Shown: positions 49,201 to 63,528 of the stretch, one piece after another
Layout: every line of letters starts with the position of its first letter
Numbering within the stretch: the stretch's first letter is position 1
Assembly (NCBI GenBank): GCA_965285935.1
Contig: OZ260664.1
Span: 19,158,001 to 19,222,000, forward strand
From: Ophelia neglecta
Lineage: Eukaryota
Direction of reading: 5' to 3'
Length of the DNA: 64,000 nt
Made by a program: the position numbers and the translations under genes
The notes under the pieces: generated by a model
What the model was told of the DNA's origin: nothing
The model's input: the letters and a program-made list of their open reading frames with translations, nothing else
Databases searched by the model: none

Positions 49201-52200
49201 ATTTCTCGGGTTTTACCCATCGCCGACGCATCGCAACTGATTTGTGACTGGCCCATTAGATTGATTCTAACAGTTCCAATCGCAGTCGTAGCTTGATCTG
49301 ATAGGGTTTGGTGTGGTAAATAGTGACAAGAATCACACTTAAGTAGGGGATTCACCCTAATAACTTCTACAAATAACTCATTATCGTTATAGATATCATG
49401 GCCAATATTTAATACGCATTACTTATTTGAAGTTCTTAACAAAGTAATTGTAGCAAGGCCGCATTATTCTTTAATGCGGTAAGATCAAATTGTTCCTGTT
49501 TGCGTTTAGCATGGCAAAGGGTTAAATCTAAAATACCAGGCCACTATTTATATAAAATATGGGATATTCAAAACATTGGAGGACCAAGAGGCCTAACTCT
49601 CGCCGCCATTTTGTAGCCTCTGCTTTTACGGCTCGCGGATATACTAGACTGCCACGTCGTTTAACATAGATGAGCGTAGACAGAAGATGGCTTTTTCAAT
49701 GTTTAATAGGCCATTACCTTTCACGGTTGTGGTAATGTGGCTATACTCAGACACATGTACGTGTAATTGGCTACTTATACAGTTATGTTCTTACTTCCGT
49801 TTACTGGGATTGGATTGGATTTTTTGGGTTTATCGACACATAAACACCATATGGGCCAACTTATGTCTTTAAGTTAGGTCTATTACCTGTTAGAATCTGG
49901 GTATTACAAATTCGGTACGTGGTTTAACTAGGTGTGAACCCCATTGACTGAGATTGTCTATCAGAAATGGACTTAAATAATCAGCACCACGGGTACAACA
50001 GTTCAGGAGACTAGATCTTGAAAAATTCCTCTGCCAAGAACTGTTTGGGTGTTTTGTGTTATCAAACAGTGTATCAAACAGCAACGTTTTCCTCCTTTTC
50101 TAAATGGTTGACAATATCCTTTTCAACATGGAATATAAAAAAAATCCTTTTTCCCCTAACTATGACCTGTCGTTATATAAGAAGTCACAAAATCTCGTTT
50201 TCTCCGAATTTCAGCAGCTTTCTTTTGTTAAAAGACAAGTTTAGTAAGTCCTGTTTACGCAGAATCCCCGGAGCACTTAGCGAAAGGCAGTACCACTATA
50301 CTGTTTTCTCCTCCCGCCACTTGACGGTATTCTCTTCCCGCCACAGAGGCACTTAGTCGACGAGAAGAGATCAGTAGCTAAATGCTTCATCGATCTCCTT
50401 TCCAGTTTTATATACAACGTTCAGTAAAAGAGTACAATACGTCTTTCACCAAGCATCGTAAAAATCGTGGAATCTTAATCTCATGGTATATTAGATATTC
50501 ATCACCGGATGTTTGCTTGATATTCATTTAAAGACAAAACACCATGACATTAGATCGACCAATGTAACACAGCCCAAATGTCAAAACAGAAGACGCTTTT
50601 AGATAGTGGATAGTATGATGCGTTTAAGAGAGCCATGTATTTGTTGCTCTCCTTTAACGCTTTACGTCAAGAGTTAAGAGGTGAAGGTTCGGGGCTATTC
50701 ACATCTTTCTTTCATGTTGATTTGAATATCCACATATCCCATTGATAATTTGCAGCCAAAAAAGCACCACGTACCCCTTATAAGCGAATTTTCTGCGGAC
50801 AAGACCACTCCTCGGGGACTGTATCTTTTAAAACCCTAAAGAAAGTTTGTCTGCCGAATTATTAATGGCGTTTTTAAATAATACTTAATAATAATAGTAT
50901 ATGCAATTGTAAGAATGTTTTTTTTCTAGCAACCACTGGAGGAGGAACGAGGAATGGCAATACAGGGACGTTGTTGTGGTATTGCCAAGGGTGAGATCAG
51001 TGGGCGCCTACGTACCAACCGGTCTGGCTACGTCCCCGGGGAGACCATCGAGGTATCGGCGGAGATCTACAATCAGTCTCGGCTCCCCATCACCAAGACG
51101 AGGGTCGTCCTCAAACGGGTAGGTCTATAGGGGAAACTAAGACATCTTAAAGACAATAACCCACTGGGCTACCACTGAGGTACAAGAAGCAAAAAATAAT
51201 CAAGTTGATGAGCATTTGGGATGTGCGAAATGAAAGATTTTTATTACAATACATACAATTGTTCTCCTACGAATAACGAATCATTAAGGAGGACGCCTTG
51301 CTAATGATAACGTAACATATCGTTGTAAAATGGCTGTCTGATATGCTCTCTGATATCACCGGGAAGAGCTGCCCAAGCGCCCCCTGCGTCATATCCCAGG
51401 TAAAAAACAGTAGTAGTATGCCATCTGGCCAAGGAATAGTATTTTATTCCTGACATTATCTTTTCGTACAATAAACTGTCACTAGTAGTGGGCGTCCAGT
51501 GACAAGGCCTCGAGCTTCGCTGCAGGCGCCCTGGCGTTCAATCGATAACATTTTCATATGTATAGAATGTCTATGCTGCCATGGCCAAATAAACAAACTC
51601 AATTCTATCCCATCTTCCATAAAAGAAGCTTGGAGTCGTCGAGCAGCAAGATGTCAACGTCTCTGTGATAAAACACATATAAAGAATGCTCCTCATCGTG
51701 CATGCGCTAAATGTAATTGCAATTGCTAATAGGTTACTGGAATTTAAAAAAAACTAAGAACTGAACGAATCCTATTATTGGGAAAATGAGCTTTTGATCG
51801 CTGGTGTTCACATCGACACCGTTGATGTTTTAGTTCTATTACTATGCACATTTATATTGGGCCTGTCGATTATTGTTGACTCATTGTTTGAGCAACAGTA
51901 CATCAAAAGCAGACGACAGCTTGATCAAGTTACCTGTACTGAGGAAATACAACGGCGGAGCGAACACAGTACTCCTGTGTAATATAACCAGTGTTACATG
52001 CCCCCTGTAGATGATGTCGATTACAGCGATCATATTTCTGTTTAAATAACAGTATTTAAATGAGATTTAAATAATTGATTGGGTGCCCATAGCTATAGGT
52101 CTTGGTAATTGCCAAAGCAAACTTTATCGTTATTAACATTGTCATGGCTACTTATATAATGTAACAGGTGAATGGTGACTAGTATTTGCATTACAAAGTA

Positions 52201-55200
52201 AAATATTGTAACAAGGGCTTACGGTCAGTATACATTTCACGCAATATATACAGGTTAAAGTTTGAGTTCAGCACTATGACTCGGATTAGACTTGCCCGAG
52301 TATGCCTACGTAGAAATGGATTTGAACCATTACAAGACGAGGCTGACTTCCTGTTCCATCGTGGACGACCCCGTTCTGATTCCCGGCAACTACTGGGATG
52401 TTTGCAACATTTGCGCATGCAGCTGAATTTGCGCATGTAGATGTTTCATGAAAAGAGGTCGAGCTCTCTTTAGGCATTGAATAGAACTGGACCCAGTAAT
52501 GAACCATTCGGAACGTCTCTTATTATCTGCTGATAGCTATCTGTGAAAGTCAATGTCGGTTTGACAATGTCATATGCTTCAGGCTATGCCAGGAAGACAT
52601 CATGGGATATGCATTCGAAGCTTATGAAGGGCACCTTAAGCTTTGCTTTTCGTGGTCGAGACCTAGAAATCGGTGTCCTCACCCTCAAGGAGTCTCCCCT
52701 CCTAGCCCGACAGTGATAACAAACCAAACACCCAAATCTAGCTTCTGTGGATCCAATCATTAAAAATTCCAAGTGCCATTAACTGAAGAAAGGTATAAGT
52801 GATAAAAACTGGTAGTTAATCTCTGTTTTCAATGTTAAATCACGTTTGACTAGCGCCGGTAAATCGTCTGGCAAATGTTTTCTTCGGCGCCAGTCTGACT
52901 GCCGTGAATGTGGAATTTATTATTCAACTACACGATTCTCTCTGACAGGGAATGATAATACATTGTTAAGTCAATTAACGGTGATCGTTAATTTAGCCGA
53001 GAATGAATTAGCCGATCATAACTACATAGTGATATCACAATTTTACCGGATGTGCAAGCTGTTTTCTGGGAGTAAACTGACTATTTCTTCGGGGGGATTT
53101 TCAATCGATGCCTGTTTATTGATATTGATTCTGTTGTTCGTCCCTGTAAAAAACAAGTCGTGTAGGCTAAATGGCGCGGATAAGCTAACCTACAATTTCC
53201 ATAAAATTCTTTGTCGGCCTCTTTAAATGTCACCGATGCATCTGCAGATACGAGAACCAACAAAGTGTATAATGGTTAAGTGATGAGAAAAGAACCAGAC
53301 CGTGCGGATATTCTCCCATGTTAAAACACTAAGGCATTGTTTTAAAACTTTAATTTTTTTTCGTAAGTGACATGGTCTTTTATATCTAGAGGAAGAAGAT
53401 ACTTTCTATGTGGAATACAAAAAGGAATCTAACATTTTTTAAAAGAAAAAAAAGTTGAAAGTCGCAATTGAACATTGCATTTGTTTATTAAGAGGTGTAA
53501 CCCCCTCACCCCCCGAAAATAGCTTACACATTAATTTTATACCATACTGATTTGTTAGCTATGTGCTTTTTCTCTTCAGCCTAATCGTTAAGCATATCCC
53601 TCCTCAACTGAAGAGTATTCATGTATTGTCTGAATGACGTACAGTTTGCAATAATTGAGCAAACTGAGGGAGATATGGTTATTTGAATGGGGAGAGGCAG
53701 GTGCCTTTTCTTACACAGGTCTCCTTATAGATGGGACGGCTTGGGTGATTCTTTTCTCTTTCCAAGTAAGCATCTACAATAAAATTTGAAATAGCCTGAA
53801 ATATTACTATTGTTTCCGGATATAATATTTATTTGTCAGCAAGCAAGACGTTAAATTTGGAATTTGAAGCAGTTTAAAGCATTTTGGTAAACAAGAAATG
53901 GCAATTGATTCTCCAAATAGAATAATATGCATTGGTATTTCTCCCGAGAAAGTCGACTGACGATTATCAATACTATATGTTTCATAACTCAATTGCACCC
54001 CACCATTGTACTAGTGCTACAGTTATATGTTAAGGTCGTTAAATTTTGTGCCAACTAAAAACTACCATATTCACTACCTCGCCTTATGCCATGATGCCCA
54101 TTCGATTGTTGCACGCATTCGCGGATATACCCCTTGCTGTGGCCCCCGACAGCGTTGGCCCGGTTATATTTTGTTACAAGTCTACGTGAATAATATGCAT
54201 ATCAATATCAATACCAATGTGAATCTTCCGAATTGTTAGTAGTTCCCTGTGTACGTGTTTTCTTCTCCTTTTCTGCACTTTTTTTGTTTTCTCTCCCTTA
54301 TATATTTATATATTATTAATATTATGTTATTATATAGCTCAGGCAAATAAGCTGTGTTACAGCTTCGCCTTATTGTTACGTTTATACATTATGTTTCACT
54401 GTTCTTCTTTATTTTATTTAGTAACAATAAACCGTTGAAATTGAAATTGAATTGAACCATATAAATGATCTATAAACTTAAGACAACTAATCTACTTTGA
54501 AGTGTTTGTTGATGTGCCAATAATTACTTTACATTGCCTGTAATATGACCAATATAACCAAAGTATGCACCATTGTCCTGCCGGTGGTATATGCCATTCA
54601 ATAAATAACCCAAATAATTGTCCTTTGGGTTGTCTAAATAACTGACAGTGTAAACGTTATATCGAATTTTAAAAGAAGCCCGTGGCCATATGTAGTCGGA
54701 ACATTGGCCTAAAGGGGAGTGAGTGTTGTCCCAACACACCATTAGCCCACATCCAATATTACAGGATGTTGTGTTTACTATGTCAAACACCAATCCGTGC
54801 TGTTTTATCAGGCGTCTGCGGGTCCTCTATCATCAACGACGGAGTTATCCAACCTTATACAAAGGGAAATGACATAATCTTCTTAAAAGCCGAACTGCAT
54901 TTGCCTGAATCCTGTTGCAGATTTTACAATTTTAATATAGCTTAACAATGAAATACTCCCTTTATTCTTTTGGTCTTTTCTTGACTTTGATGTCAATGCT
55001 GTTTTAATGGAGGGAATGTCGGTATCGATGGTTTTGCAGGCATATTTGTCATGAGTAACGGAAGCAGAAGCCAATACATTCACATACGCACGTGACAATT
55101 GCCCAAGGTAATTGTGCTCAAAGTGTATGATGTGGTGGACACAGATTCCATTCTAGTCGATTTTGGACCTGGCACCTGTGTTAATAAGGGTAAATTGTAA

Positions 55201-58200
55201 ACAATGGAAGGCAGATACACACTGATGTGTATTGATATATACCGTTTAATATTTCACGGGAAGAGAAAAAGCACACGTTTAAGCGTGATGTATAACATGT
55301 CTTATCATATATACTTATTTCTGGGAGATCAACAGCTCAATATTATTTAATCCCAATCACCTCAACTGGTGGATACATAATCTTCAAATATTGAAAAAAT
55401 ATGCATTGACGATTAGCAAATGGATTTTTTAACGTAAGCTCTATGAAAAAGAACGTTGGCAAATGTTGGCAAATGATTCCAACAAAAACCCACACACAGC
55501 TTAATTTTTAAACACCATAAACACTAATGTATTATTAAACTATAAACTTTTGTTTCTGTCTCCATAAAAATATTTGCCTACTTATGTAGACGGTAAAGAA
55601 AGTTGAACATAATGAAAGTTATAGGCTCCCGAGACGTCAACATCAATAAGTAACATATGTGTGAACGATCACAATTGGTTATTCTATTGTATAAGGAACA
55701 ATTGTCTCTGAAAAATTTCCATTGTATTTTGCAAAGGAAATTATTGGACGGTATGTTTGCCTCACTTTCTCTTGCAACAAAGATGAAGAAAAATGGATTA
55801 GGATACGCTACAAAAAAATACGAACAAAAGTAGTCAACTATTTGCTATAACTACTCATCAAACTTTACCAAAACACCGTGATCACCAAGTTTTCTTACAT
55901 GGTTCATCATGAATTTATGTCATAAAGGCAATAGCTGTAGGGATTATTCTGATAATTATATTTTCGACGGAAAGAAACGGTTTCTGCCACGAATGACGCT
56001 CTTTTATATACATTAACACACGACATATACCGTAAGGGTGCCATGTTGCTTTCACCCTAGTCTAGGATAGATTCAAGTGCGCGTGGTTTCAGCGTATCGA
56101 TTGATTGACTAATCTTAGTCGCTTGCTTGGTTCTTCTTAAAAAGTAGACGCGATTAATAAATTGATTTCGCCCACACGAGGTTCCGCTAACTTTAGGCAT
56201 ACCAACACTCACGATTTCAAAGTACTAGGGGTGCATAAATTACCCACAAATTCGATTGTTGGCCCACTGGGTTTATAGTTTTTCATGAAGCAATAATGCG
56301 TCTTAGCCCTTAAGGTCACTGCGTCTGACTTTAACTCGGGTGATTTTTCTCCGAGTGAACGTCTGAAGACATTGTTCCTATTGATTTTTCTTCTGAAGCC
56401 CTAGTCTAATAGTTCCGATAAAATCCGATTGCACCTGCTTTGTTCAACAATGGCGGTTGTCGCCAGAGTTTCCCATGGTTTCCACGCTGCAAATGTCGGC
56501 TCTAACGATTCAGTGAGTCACGTGACACGCTCGACGAATCAGTGCTCATTTGGTCCACGCCTTATACGATAGCGGATTCACCGTGGGGAAAACCCATTCG
56601 TACTATTGGCGCCTAAGCAACAGAAAGTGGGTGTAAAATAAAGATACTCCAACGTTTGATGTCACAATTCAAAGGGCTTTTGAATAAAAGCGGAAGCAGG
56701 GAGCCTTGCGGAGGTAAATCCCGAAATTAGAACAGAGCACTAGACCTATTAAACTTTTTTTTTCACTAATCCTTCCGCTAACCTTGAAATTTACCCGCAG
56801 CCCTAACCCTGGCTTTGCAGACGCTTTTTTGCTCCCTGTCACTCTGAAACACCCATGACCTCCGCGTCGCATAGCTTCCGCATCTCCGCGTTTAATCCAT
56901 AGCCATTCTAAGTCCTAATAGGAGGAGACTGCGAGGTAATCTGTTAGCAAGGGCATACTAACATTTATCACGTTTTCGGAATTGACGTCACACGGTTGTT
57001 ATGATAATTCTTCCTCGCTAAAATGTTCCCATGTTAAAACAAAACACACATGCGACTTCCGTGTTTTAGGGAGAGTTTTGATGTAGGGGTTTACCGGTGC
57101 AGTTAAGCGTGTAAGATTATTGGTTTTGCCAATGTTGCACCCTAGGTTTGTTTGGAAATTCTGAAAGAAAGTAAATAAAAGGAACCCAAGAACTATCTAT
57201 GACTTTCACAAACAAAGACTTGCCAAAGGTTGCTGTACAAATGTTTTTGTTAAAAGCGTTATTGATTTTTTTAATGTTTAATTGTAGTCTCTTCTCCCTC
57301 GAATCTAGCGGATAAAGTGTTAGATCCGCTTGTGCGTGTCTAAAATTAAGAGTCTGAAGAGCACTTAGGCATTGTCATCAGTTCTAGATATGATTTTGTT
57401 GTCTCCCATTCAAGTATTGTAGATAGGAAATGGGTCACTTTATCATACAATATTTCGTGTACAAAAAACAGGTTTAGCAATATAATAAAAACTGAAAAAA
57501 AGATCAAAAGAAATAAGAACAAAATAAATGAATAACAGCACTGTGACATGCATACAAACAAGATATATCTGAACACATATCACGACTGTGACATGTATAT
57601 ATGGTAGAAGTAAGGTGTTGGAAAGGATGGCGGCCCATACATAATTCACCTTATACCATGTCACGGACCGTTGTGGTCATTTAATGTTTATAATCATTGA
57701 CCCTCAATTAGTCGTCTCGACACCTTATTAGTTCATTTATCCTCAATTACTTAAAGAATAGATTTCTTTATTATATTTGGCAATCAGAACATGGGACTAA
57801 ACTTTTCTTTGGTAAGGTTATTTGCAATATTTGCGTGACGTGGTGAAGACTGTATTTTGCTGTAATAGCGGCACTTATTTGCATACTAGCATGTCCCTAA
57901 CACACTTGGCCTCTTCCAGAGCATTTTTTATGGCAATTGACACTCAAAAACAATGGTCTATGCACGTTATTTGATTCAGTTATCTGCAATATTAGTATAC
58001 CCTGCTCACAGACCTTATATACTACGCAATAAGTTCTGCCCAACTTCATAAGTTTTCTCAGAATCATCAAACTAGATAAAACCAGATTGTAATTTACCGT
58101 GTCGGACATGCCTAACAAACAGGTATTTATCATCAGATGATATGTGACGGTAGCTCGGAAGTGACACCAGACATTGGGAGCATTGTAAAATATTGGCTGA

Positions 58201-61200
58201 AATGTAATAGAAGATCGATTTTTCGATAATGGCGGCACTTGTTGGCCTTCAAATGTTACTAGGGCATTTTGCCAACTTTGTTAGTTTTTTTCTACTCATT
58301 TCTTTCAATCCAGAATCGCCGAGTATATATACATTTTCGTTAAGGGAACGCAATAACCTTTTTTTCCGAATAGTCAGTTGAGAGTTCAAGGGTGCTATCA
58401 GAAATTGAAGGAAATAATAATTGGTTTAAACATATTTATTCGTGGGCTCCCCTCAATAGCTTAAAGCTAATCGTGGAGGGTCACCCCAATAACATACATA
58501 AATACAGTACAAATTTATAGAGATGCACTAAAAATTAATTTACAATAAGTAATTCATAATTCAGAGAGAGTAATAACAAATGAATAATGCGTCGCTTTAG
58601 TTGCACAAGAAAAGGAAATAAGTACAAAAAAAAACATATATGTATATTCAAATAATATTAGTTAAGTGAAATATTTAGCAATACATAAAGACAATATTGG
58701 ATAAGTAGAAATGGATATGAAGACAGGAAAAATAAAATGAAGTGAAATGAAATGAGATGAAATTAGATGAAATGAAGTGAGCTCTAAGACTTTCGCGACA
58801 TGCTTCCAAAAGTGAGAAAACAGCTTAATGGTATAACATTATACCGCAAAGCGCCTGCCTCTGAGCAGAAAGTGATCTAGGGCGTCTATCATGTTTTTGT
58901 CCCTCTCGCAATCTCCAAGACCAGATATTAATGCAGCGGATGACAACTGGACGGAGTCTCTTTGTAAAATATCAATAAAGTCCTGACGGTGGACAGAGTA
59001 ACGTGTACAATAAAACAGAAAATGGTCACACGACTCAGGGACACAACAGGAAATAAAAATTGACACCTTTTGTCTAATATTTACTCGACTTTTGAGGGAA
59101 AAAGAATTGCCTTCACCCCATTCCTTTGCAGAACCGGTGAAAGCGGCGCACAGAGAATCGAATACTTAGTGCAATTTGCAGGGATATACATTATTCGATA
59201 CATTTCTGAGACTATTTGTCTTATCAGAAAGCAAAATTATACATTGCAAATATTGACCAAATCAATAAAAATAAACAGTTATTAATGAATTTAGTGCGGT
59301 ATCTAAGACGATTTATTCTTAAGTATATTGAGATCTCGTAAAAGACGTCGAATATCTTATTGAAAGACACACAACAAGGAAAAAGTAACGTTATTCCGAA
59401 TTTCTACCCAATTACTGAAGTCATTTGTCGCTATTTGACAGCCATATTATGAATCTGTGTTTTGTTCACTGATGTAAATACTGTTGGATTTGCAAGGGGT
59501 AATTACAAACCTTTTTATATCTAGAAGAAACTCACTTCTTATCAGCGCCGTATTGCACAAATAACGATATGCAATCCCGAAATATACCTGCACAGTGTGC
59601 TCATCTAAATTAGTAATTTTGTCGAAGGCAATTTTAATCGATTAACTGTTTAAACAGAAGAAGGAACGCTCAACAATATTGAAAAGCGTTGTCAAGGGTT
59701 ACATTTTATACAATGTCAATGGGCAGAGCATGAAAGAAGTTCAGTTCTTTATCTGAATGGGAAGCTATCGATAGCAGTTGTGATTATAAGCTATTGTTCT
59801 GTATTAGTCGGAATTATTGAAATGTAGACAAAAAAGCAAGTAGATTATCTTGAAATATATTCAACTTCTTCTTAAAAGCCTTTATTGACTGAACAGTGCA
59901 GATATGGTTGGCACTTTTTAGAATTGGAGTTTATCAGTAAAGTTGATATATCCGTTTCTCAGCGGGATATCTATTAATTTTCCGAACGCTAATTAAATCA
60001 GAGATACACAGAGGAGACTGTTATTGGTTGCAGAATGTTGGCAGGCGTCCACTAAGTATAAATCGAGGTGCGTCAGGCAATTCTTCAATACAGTCGAGAT
60101 TTTTCGCATTTTTTGTATCACTCCGCGGGATTTTGTACCTTTTCTCTATTAGCGACTTTGGTTTGTCCGCCGGGTATCCGCCAAAGCTTTCTACCGTGTA
60201 AATGATACTGTTGCTACAGTGGTTGGCATCAAAACGGAATGGATATTTGTTGGGCGGTTGCCTACGCACCAGCCATTCATACAATGAAGATGTCGATTTG
60301 AAACAACTTGTATATCAATATCTATAAACACAGAAGCTGAATCAATACTGAGGACATTGTTTAGCGACATACCCACCTGATATAAGGTATTTGCCGACGG
60401 GCCATTTTACGTCCTTTATCCATTGTTGACGAGAAATTACCTGATTATAGACTGTTTTATATCCATCAAAGATTTAGAGGGTAAGGTAATTTGCTCAGTA
60501 AATGAACATACTGTTAACCAAGAATTTTCGGTAGGCAGGGAAATTGCTCGAATGCTATTTTGCGCATATTTTTTACATATGGTTTTGACTTTGAGTAGGG
60601 ATAGAAAATCATAACTTACGGGAAGTAGGGTTACACAGGGAAACCGCATTTAGGAAAGTCTCGCAACATGGAAGTAACGGCGATAATCGCGAAAATGTCG
60701 CCATTTCAATTGACAATATAACAGTGTGCAAACTGGTGCATCACAAAGCATGTTACAATGAAATAGTCATATCAGTATTATAAATGTTTCACCGATGGGA
60801 GATTATCGATCTTGTATGGAGCTTTTCATGCGGTTATCCCCGATATTGTTATATATATATATATACATGGTGATGAACAAATACATTGGCTATGATATGG
60901 AACTGAAGCGTTCTCAAGAACCCGCTTTCCGCTTCCCCGGGGGGGGGGGGGGGGATATACAAAGAACGTGAGTGGCTACCCGGTTGAAGAAAAAAATCGG
61001 TTATCAAGAATAGTGCATCACATTGGTCCGAGACGAACAGGACCTAACAGGTGCGGACGCAAAAACAACAATTCCTAGTCCCAACAGCAATAAATAAACT
61101 TGGAACGCAATAAATAATAAACATTTAGAATTTATATCAATAGCAATACATTGTACAGCAAGACATTTGCCATAGAAGAATCCATAATCTAAAACTAAAG

Positions 61201-63528
61201 ATTACTTAGTGTTAATAAACACAGGACCAGAGAAGGATGTATAAGATCGGGACATCAATGTTACGAATTGGTGATGTCTCTCCGCTACAAGAAACATTGA
61301 ATCGGCAGTATTCCTTCCAATACCCAATGGGGGTAGGGAGTCTTAGTTTCCCGGTCGCAGGTGGAGAATGTGTACCACCGAATAAAGGAAATATGTTTTT
61401 AGATTGCTCCATTTAGTTTGCCCGCCCGCTACAGATTGACCATGTTCTTTTAACACGTGACCAAAGATAATAATTCATGCGGGTTTTATTAAATTATATA
61501 TTCATCAAATCCATCACGTGTTCCTCATTTCATAGAAGTCCAGCTTTACAAACAATACAGTAAAATGATATTAAACAATTTTAGATTCGCACAATCAAAT
61601 AACAGAGCATATCTTCCCCATTAATGCATAAGGATAACAAGTCATTTGTTTGATTTGAAACTTGTGACATCTTGCATCAACCTTCTGATCAATTCCATTG
61701 CTTTTGGCCATGGTCCACGCAGGAATGTCTAACTGCATTATATCTGTGTTACCTAATGTTATTCAGGGGCTAGTAACCCTAGCTTCAGACGATGACGCCT
61801 TACAAAAGACAACCTAAGCTATCTAAAATTGTTTACTTGCCCTAGGTGCTCTAAGCCTTTTGATTGCGTTTCGTTCACTCTACTTACTACACAATAGAAT
61901 GTATCGTTATTTAATACACAGTAACCAATGATGGCCAATGATTTCTTGTTTTTTTCAGTATGTGGAGTACCTTGGTAGATGCGATTTCCTGATGGACGAG
62001 CCGAAGCCCTCGCGAGAGTATGACAGCAAAGTAATAGCCAAGGATGAGCGCGGCGGTGTGCCCCCTGGCGGAGAGGACTACTTTCAGGGCATATGTCTGG
62101 ATATCCCGCCTACCCCTCCCTCTCGTCTGGATCAGTGCCAAGCCATCAATATATCTTATTTTGTCGAAGTAAGTTTTATTTCATCTCAAATGAACTTATT
62201 ACAAGAAGTCAGAACCCGAATGGTGGTCTTTCATGCTGACTAAGCAAATCATCACCATACTACACACAGAAGAGTAGTACAGAAAACTCGCCTACACATA
62301 AGTCTCAACAAGGCGTTTGCTTGTTCAGTGACGTCACTAGGTCATCTAACCAAAGCATGCACAGCAGCTCACAATGGGGCAGAAGGGCCTGGCTCACTTC
62401 CAGCTGATTTCTGCTCACCTCAGTAGGGGTAATATGTCAGAACTCTTGATATTGACTTTTCCTCGGACGTTTTGATATAATCTAGGTGTGAATTTACAGG
62501 CCATGGTCACATTAGATGGGCACTTCTAAAACAGTTTTGTTGAAGTGGCCACCATGCCTTTTTACAGTGTAGAAAACAGAAAAACATTGACCATGTAGCA
62601 TAGACCATGTACACAGTAACAGTTCTGGCAAGTCCTAAGTGTGGTTCTGATGAATGAAACCTATATAGATATGCACGTTTTAGCTAAAAATAGTGTTTAT
62701 TTGAAGAAAAGTTTGGTCTTTGTGTACGAGAAGTAAGGAATACGTTTTTCTGGAGGCAAGTCTGGTTCCTTTCAGACTACCAACTGCCATTGTTCTTTAA
62801 ACATAGTAGCCTTTGAGTCTGAAAGACCTATATCCAGTTTAATCTGACACTTCATCCATGTGGCCACAGATACTCACAGAGAACTACGTCCCAAGTGAGC
62901 ACCTTGTCATAGTATGTGTTCCTCCGCTAAGACCATGTGGAAGAGCATTTGAAGACATTAGGCTTGGTATAAATTTTGCGAGTGTTTTAATTTGAATTAA
63001 AAATTTACTTAATAATGGTCGCTTTAAATGGAAACAAACATAACTATGCACAGTCCAAGGAAATATATAATACATATTGCACACTTATTGATTCCATATG
63101 ACACATATGCCTGGGTGGTGCATATCAAATGACCAAGGCCGTTCTCTGGACGGGACTCGTATCTGATATACTCGTTGATCTTGCATCTACTATGCTCACT
63201 CATTTAAAACATAATTTTATTCAGTTTGTTTTTGCATCATTATAATACGTTGACTACGTTTGAATATTTACGCTTGGCCTATCTCTGAGTAGATCAGACG
63301 GCTTGATATGGTGTTATATCTGCTCCCTGGTATTCAGAGCCTAATTTAAGGATCTAATCCGGCGTCGACCACAAAAGCACAAGATGTAGATATGCATGTC
63401 AAAGTTGATTTTTATGTTCTTTTTATCAGTTATACATATTCCCTAAGAAAAGTGACAAGATCTCCCTATCCGCCGAGGTGACCATAGGGACCATGCCGCT
63501 GAGGAGTACCTACGAGGCCGAATTCCAG
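40101..63528 (+). CDS. Alpha-arrestin (arrestin domain-containing protein, ARRDC3/ARRDC17-like); 7 exons, 321 aa in the window, 3'-incomplete
   Basis: join(40101-40212, 44030-44161, 47422-47543, 47832-47930, 50930-51118, 61959-62168, 63430-63528), all GT-AG and phase-consistent. Motifs [59 protein letters not shown]. Confidence 0.92.
41278..41391. repeat. (TCTGTC)n/(TC)n microsatellite abutting the assembly gap
   Basis: Read directly from the sequence. Confidence 0.95.
41392..41913. other. Assembly gap (522 N)
   Basis: Run of N. Confidence 1.
44030..44161 (+). CDS. Alpha-arrestin exon 2
   Basis: cag|(S)[17 protein letters not shown]...[18 protein letters not shown]|gtgagg. Confidence 0.9.
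45335..46080. repeat. Tandem repeat, ~205-215-bp unit, ~3.5 copies, C-rich, in arrestin intron 2
   Basis: ATCAGTACATCAGYATTGCATRAGAGTGCTA recurs ending near 45544, 45746 and 45961; AGATAACCCTCCTCCCCTTG-like blocks at ~45358, 45571, 45777 and 45990. Confidence 0.9.
46838..46920 (-). mobile_element. tRNA-derived SINE-like head
   Basis: The minus strand has an A-box-like TAGCACAACGGATAAAG and a B box GGTTCGAGCCC, but no complete cloverleaf. Confidence 0.45.
47422..47543 (+). CDS. Alpha-arrestin exon 3
   Basis: cag|(D)[40 protein letters not shown]|gtaaat. Confidence 0.92.
47832..47930 (+). CDS. Alpha-arrestin exon 4
   Basis: tag|[33 protein letters not shown]|gtcagt. Confidence 0.9.
48383..49255 (+). 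mobile_element. PIF/Harbinger internal-deletion derivative retaining the transposase N-terminus
   Basis: TIR TGG(C/G)CCAGTCACAA, TTA target duplication (48380-82 and 49256-58). Internal frame ...[28 protein letters not shown] matches the recalled RRRR..WVRP start of Harbinger transposases. Confidence 0.85.
49880..50500 (-). mobile_element. Highly decayed LINE ORF2 fragment (approximate)
   Basis: ADYLSPFL...[14 protein letters not shown] resembles an L2/CR1 RT C-terminal segment. Confidence 0.35.
50930..51118 (+). CDS. Alpha-arrestin exon 5
   Basis: tag|QPLEEERG...[37 protein letters not shown]...VVLKR|gtaggt. Confidence 0.92.
53800..54457 (+). mobile_element. Decayed LINE 3' end
   Basis: HYLALC-like remnant, 3' stem-loop AAGCTGTGTTACAGCTT, AATAAA and a (TTGAAA)n tail. 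Confidence 0.5.
58434..60850 (-). mobile_element. Decayed CR1/L2-type LINE (ORF2 remnant, 3' UTR and terminal stem-loop; 5' boundary approximate)
   Basis: C-terminus [22 protein letters not shown]...FLLRGRRF* (58839-59066), an AFDKI remnant near 59615-59630, and a 3' hairpin GGGGTGACCCTCC...GAGGGGAGCCC followed by AATAAA. Confidence 0.75.
61959..62168 (+). CDS. Alpha-arrestin exon 6
   Basis: cag|YVEYLG...[39 protein letters not shown]|gtaagt. Confidence 0.92.
63430..63528 (+). CDS. Alpha-arrestin exon 7
   Basis: cag|[33 protein letters not shown]|gtgagt. Confidence 0.88.
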
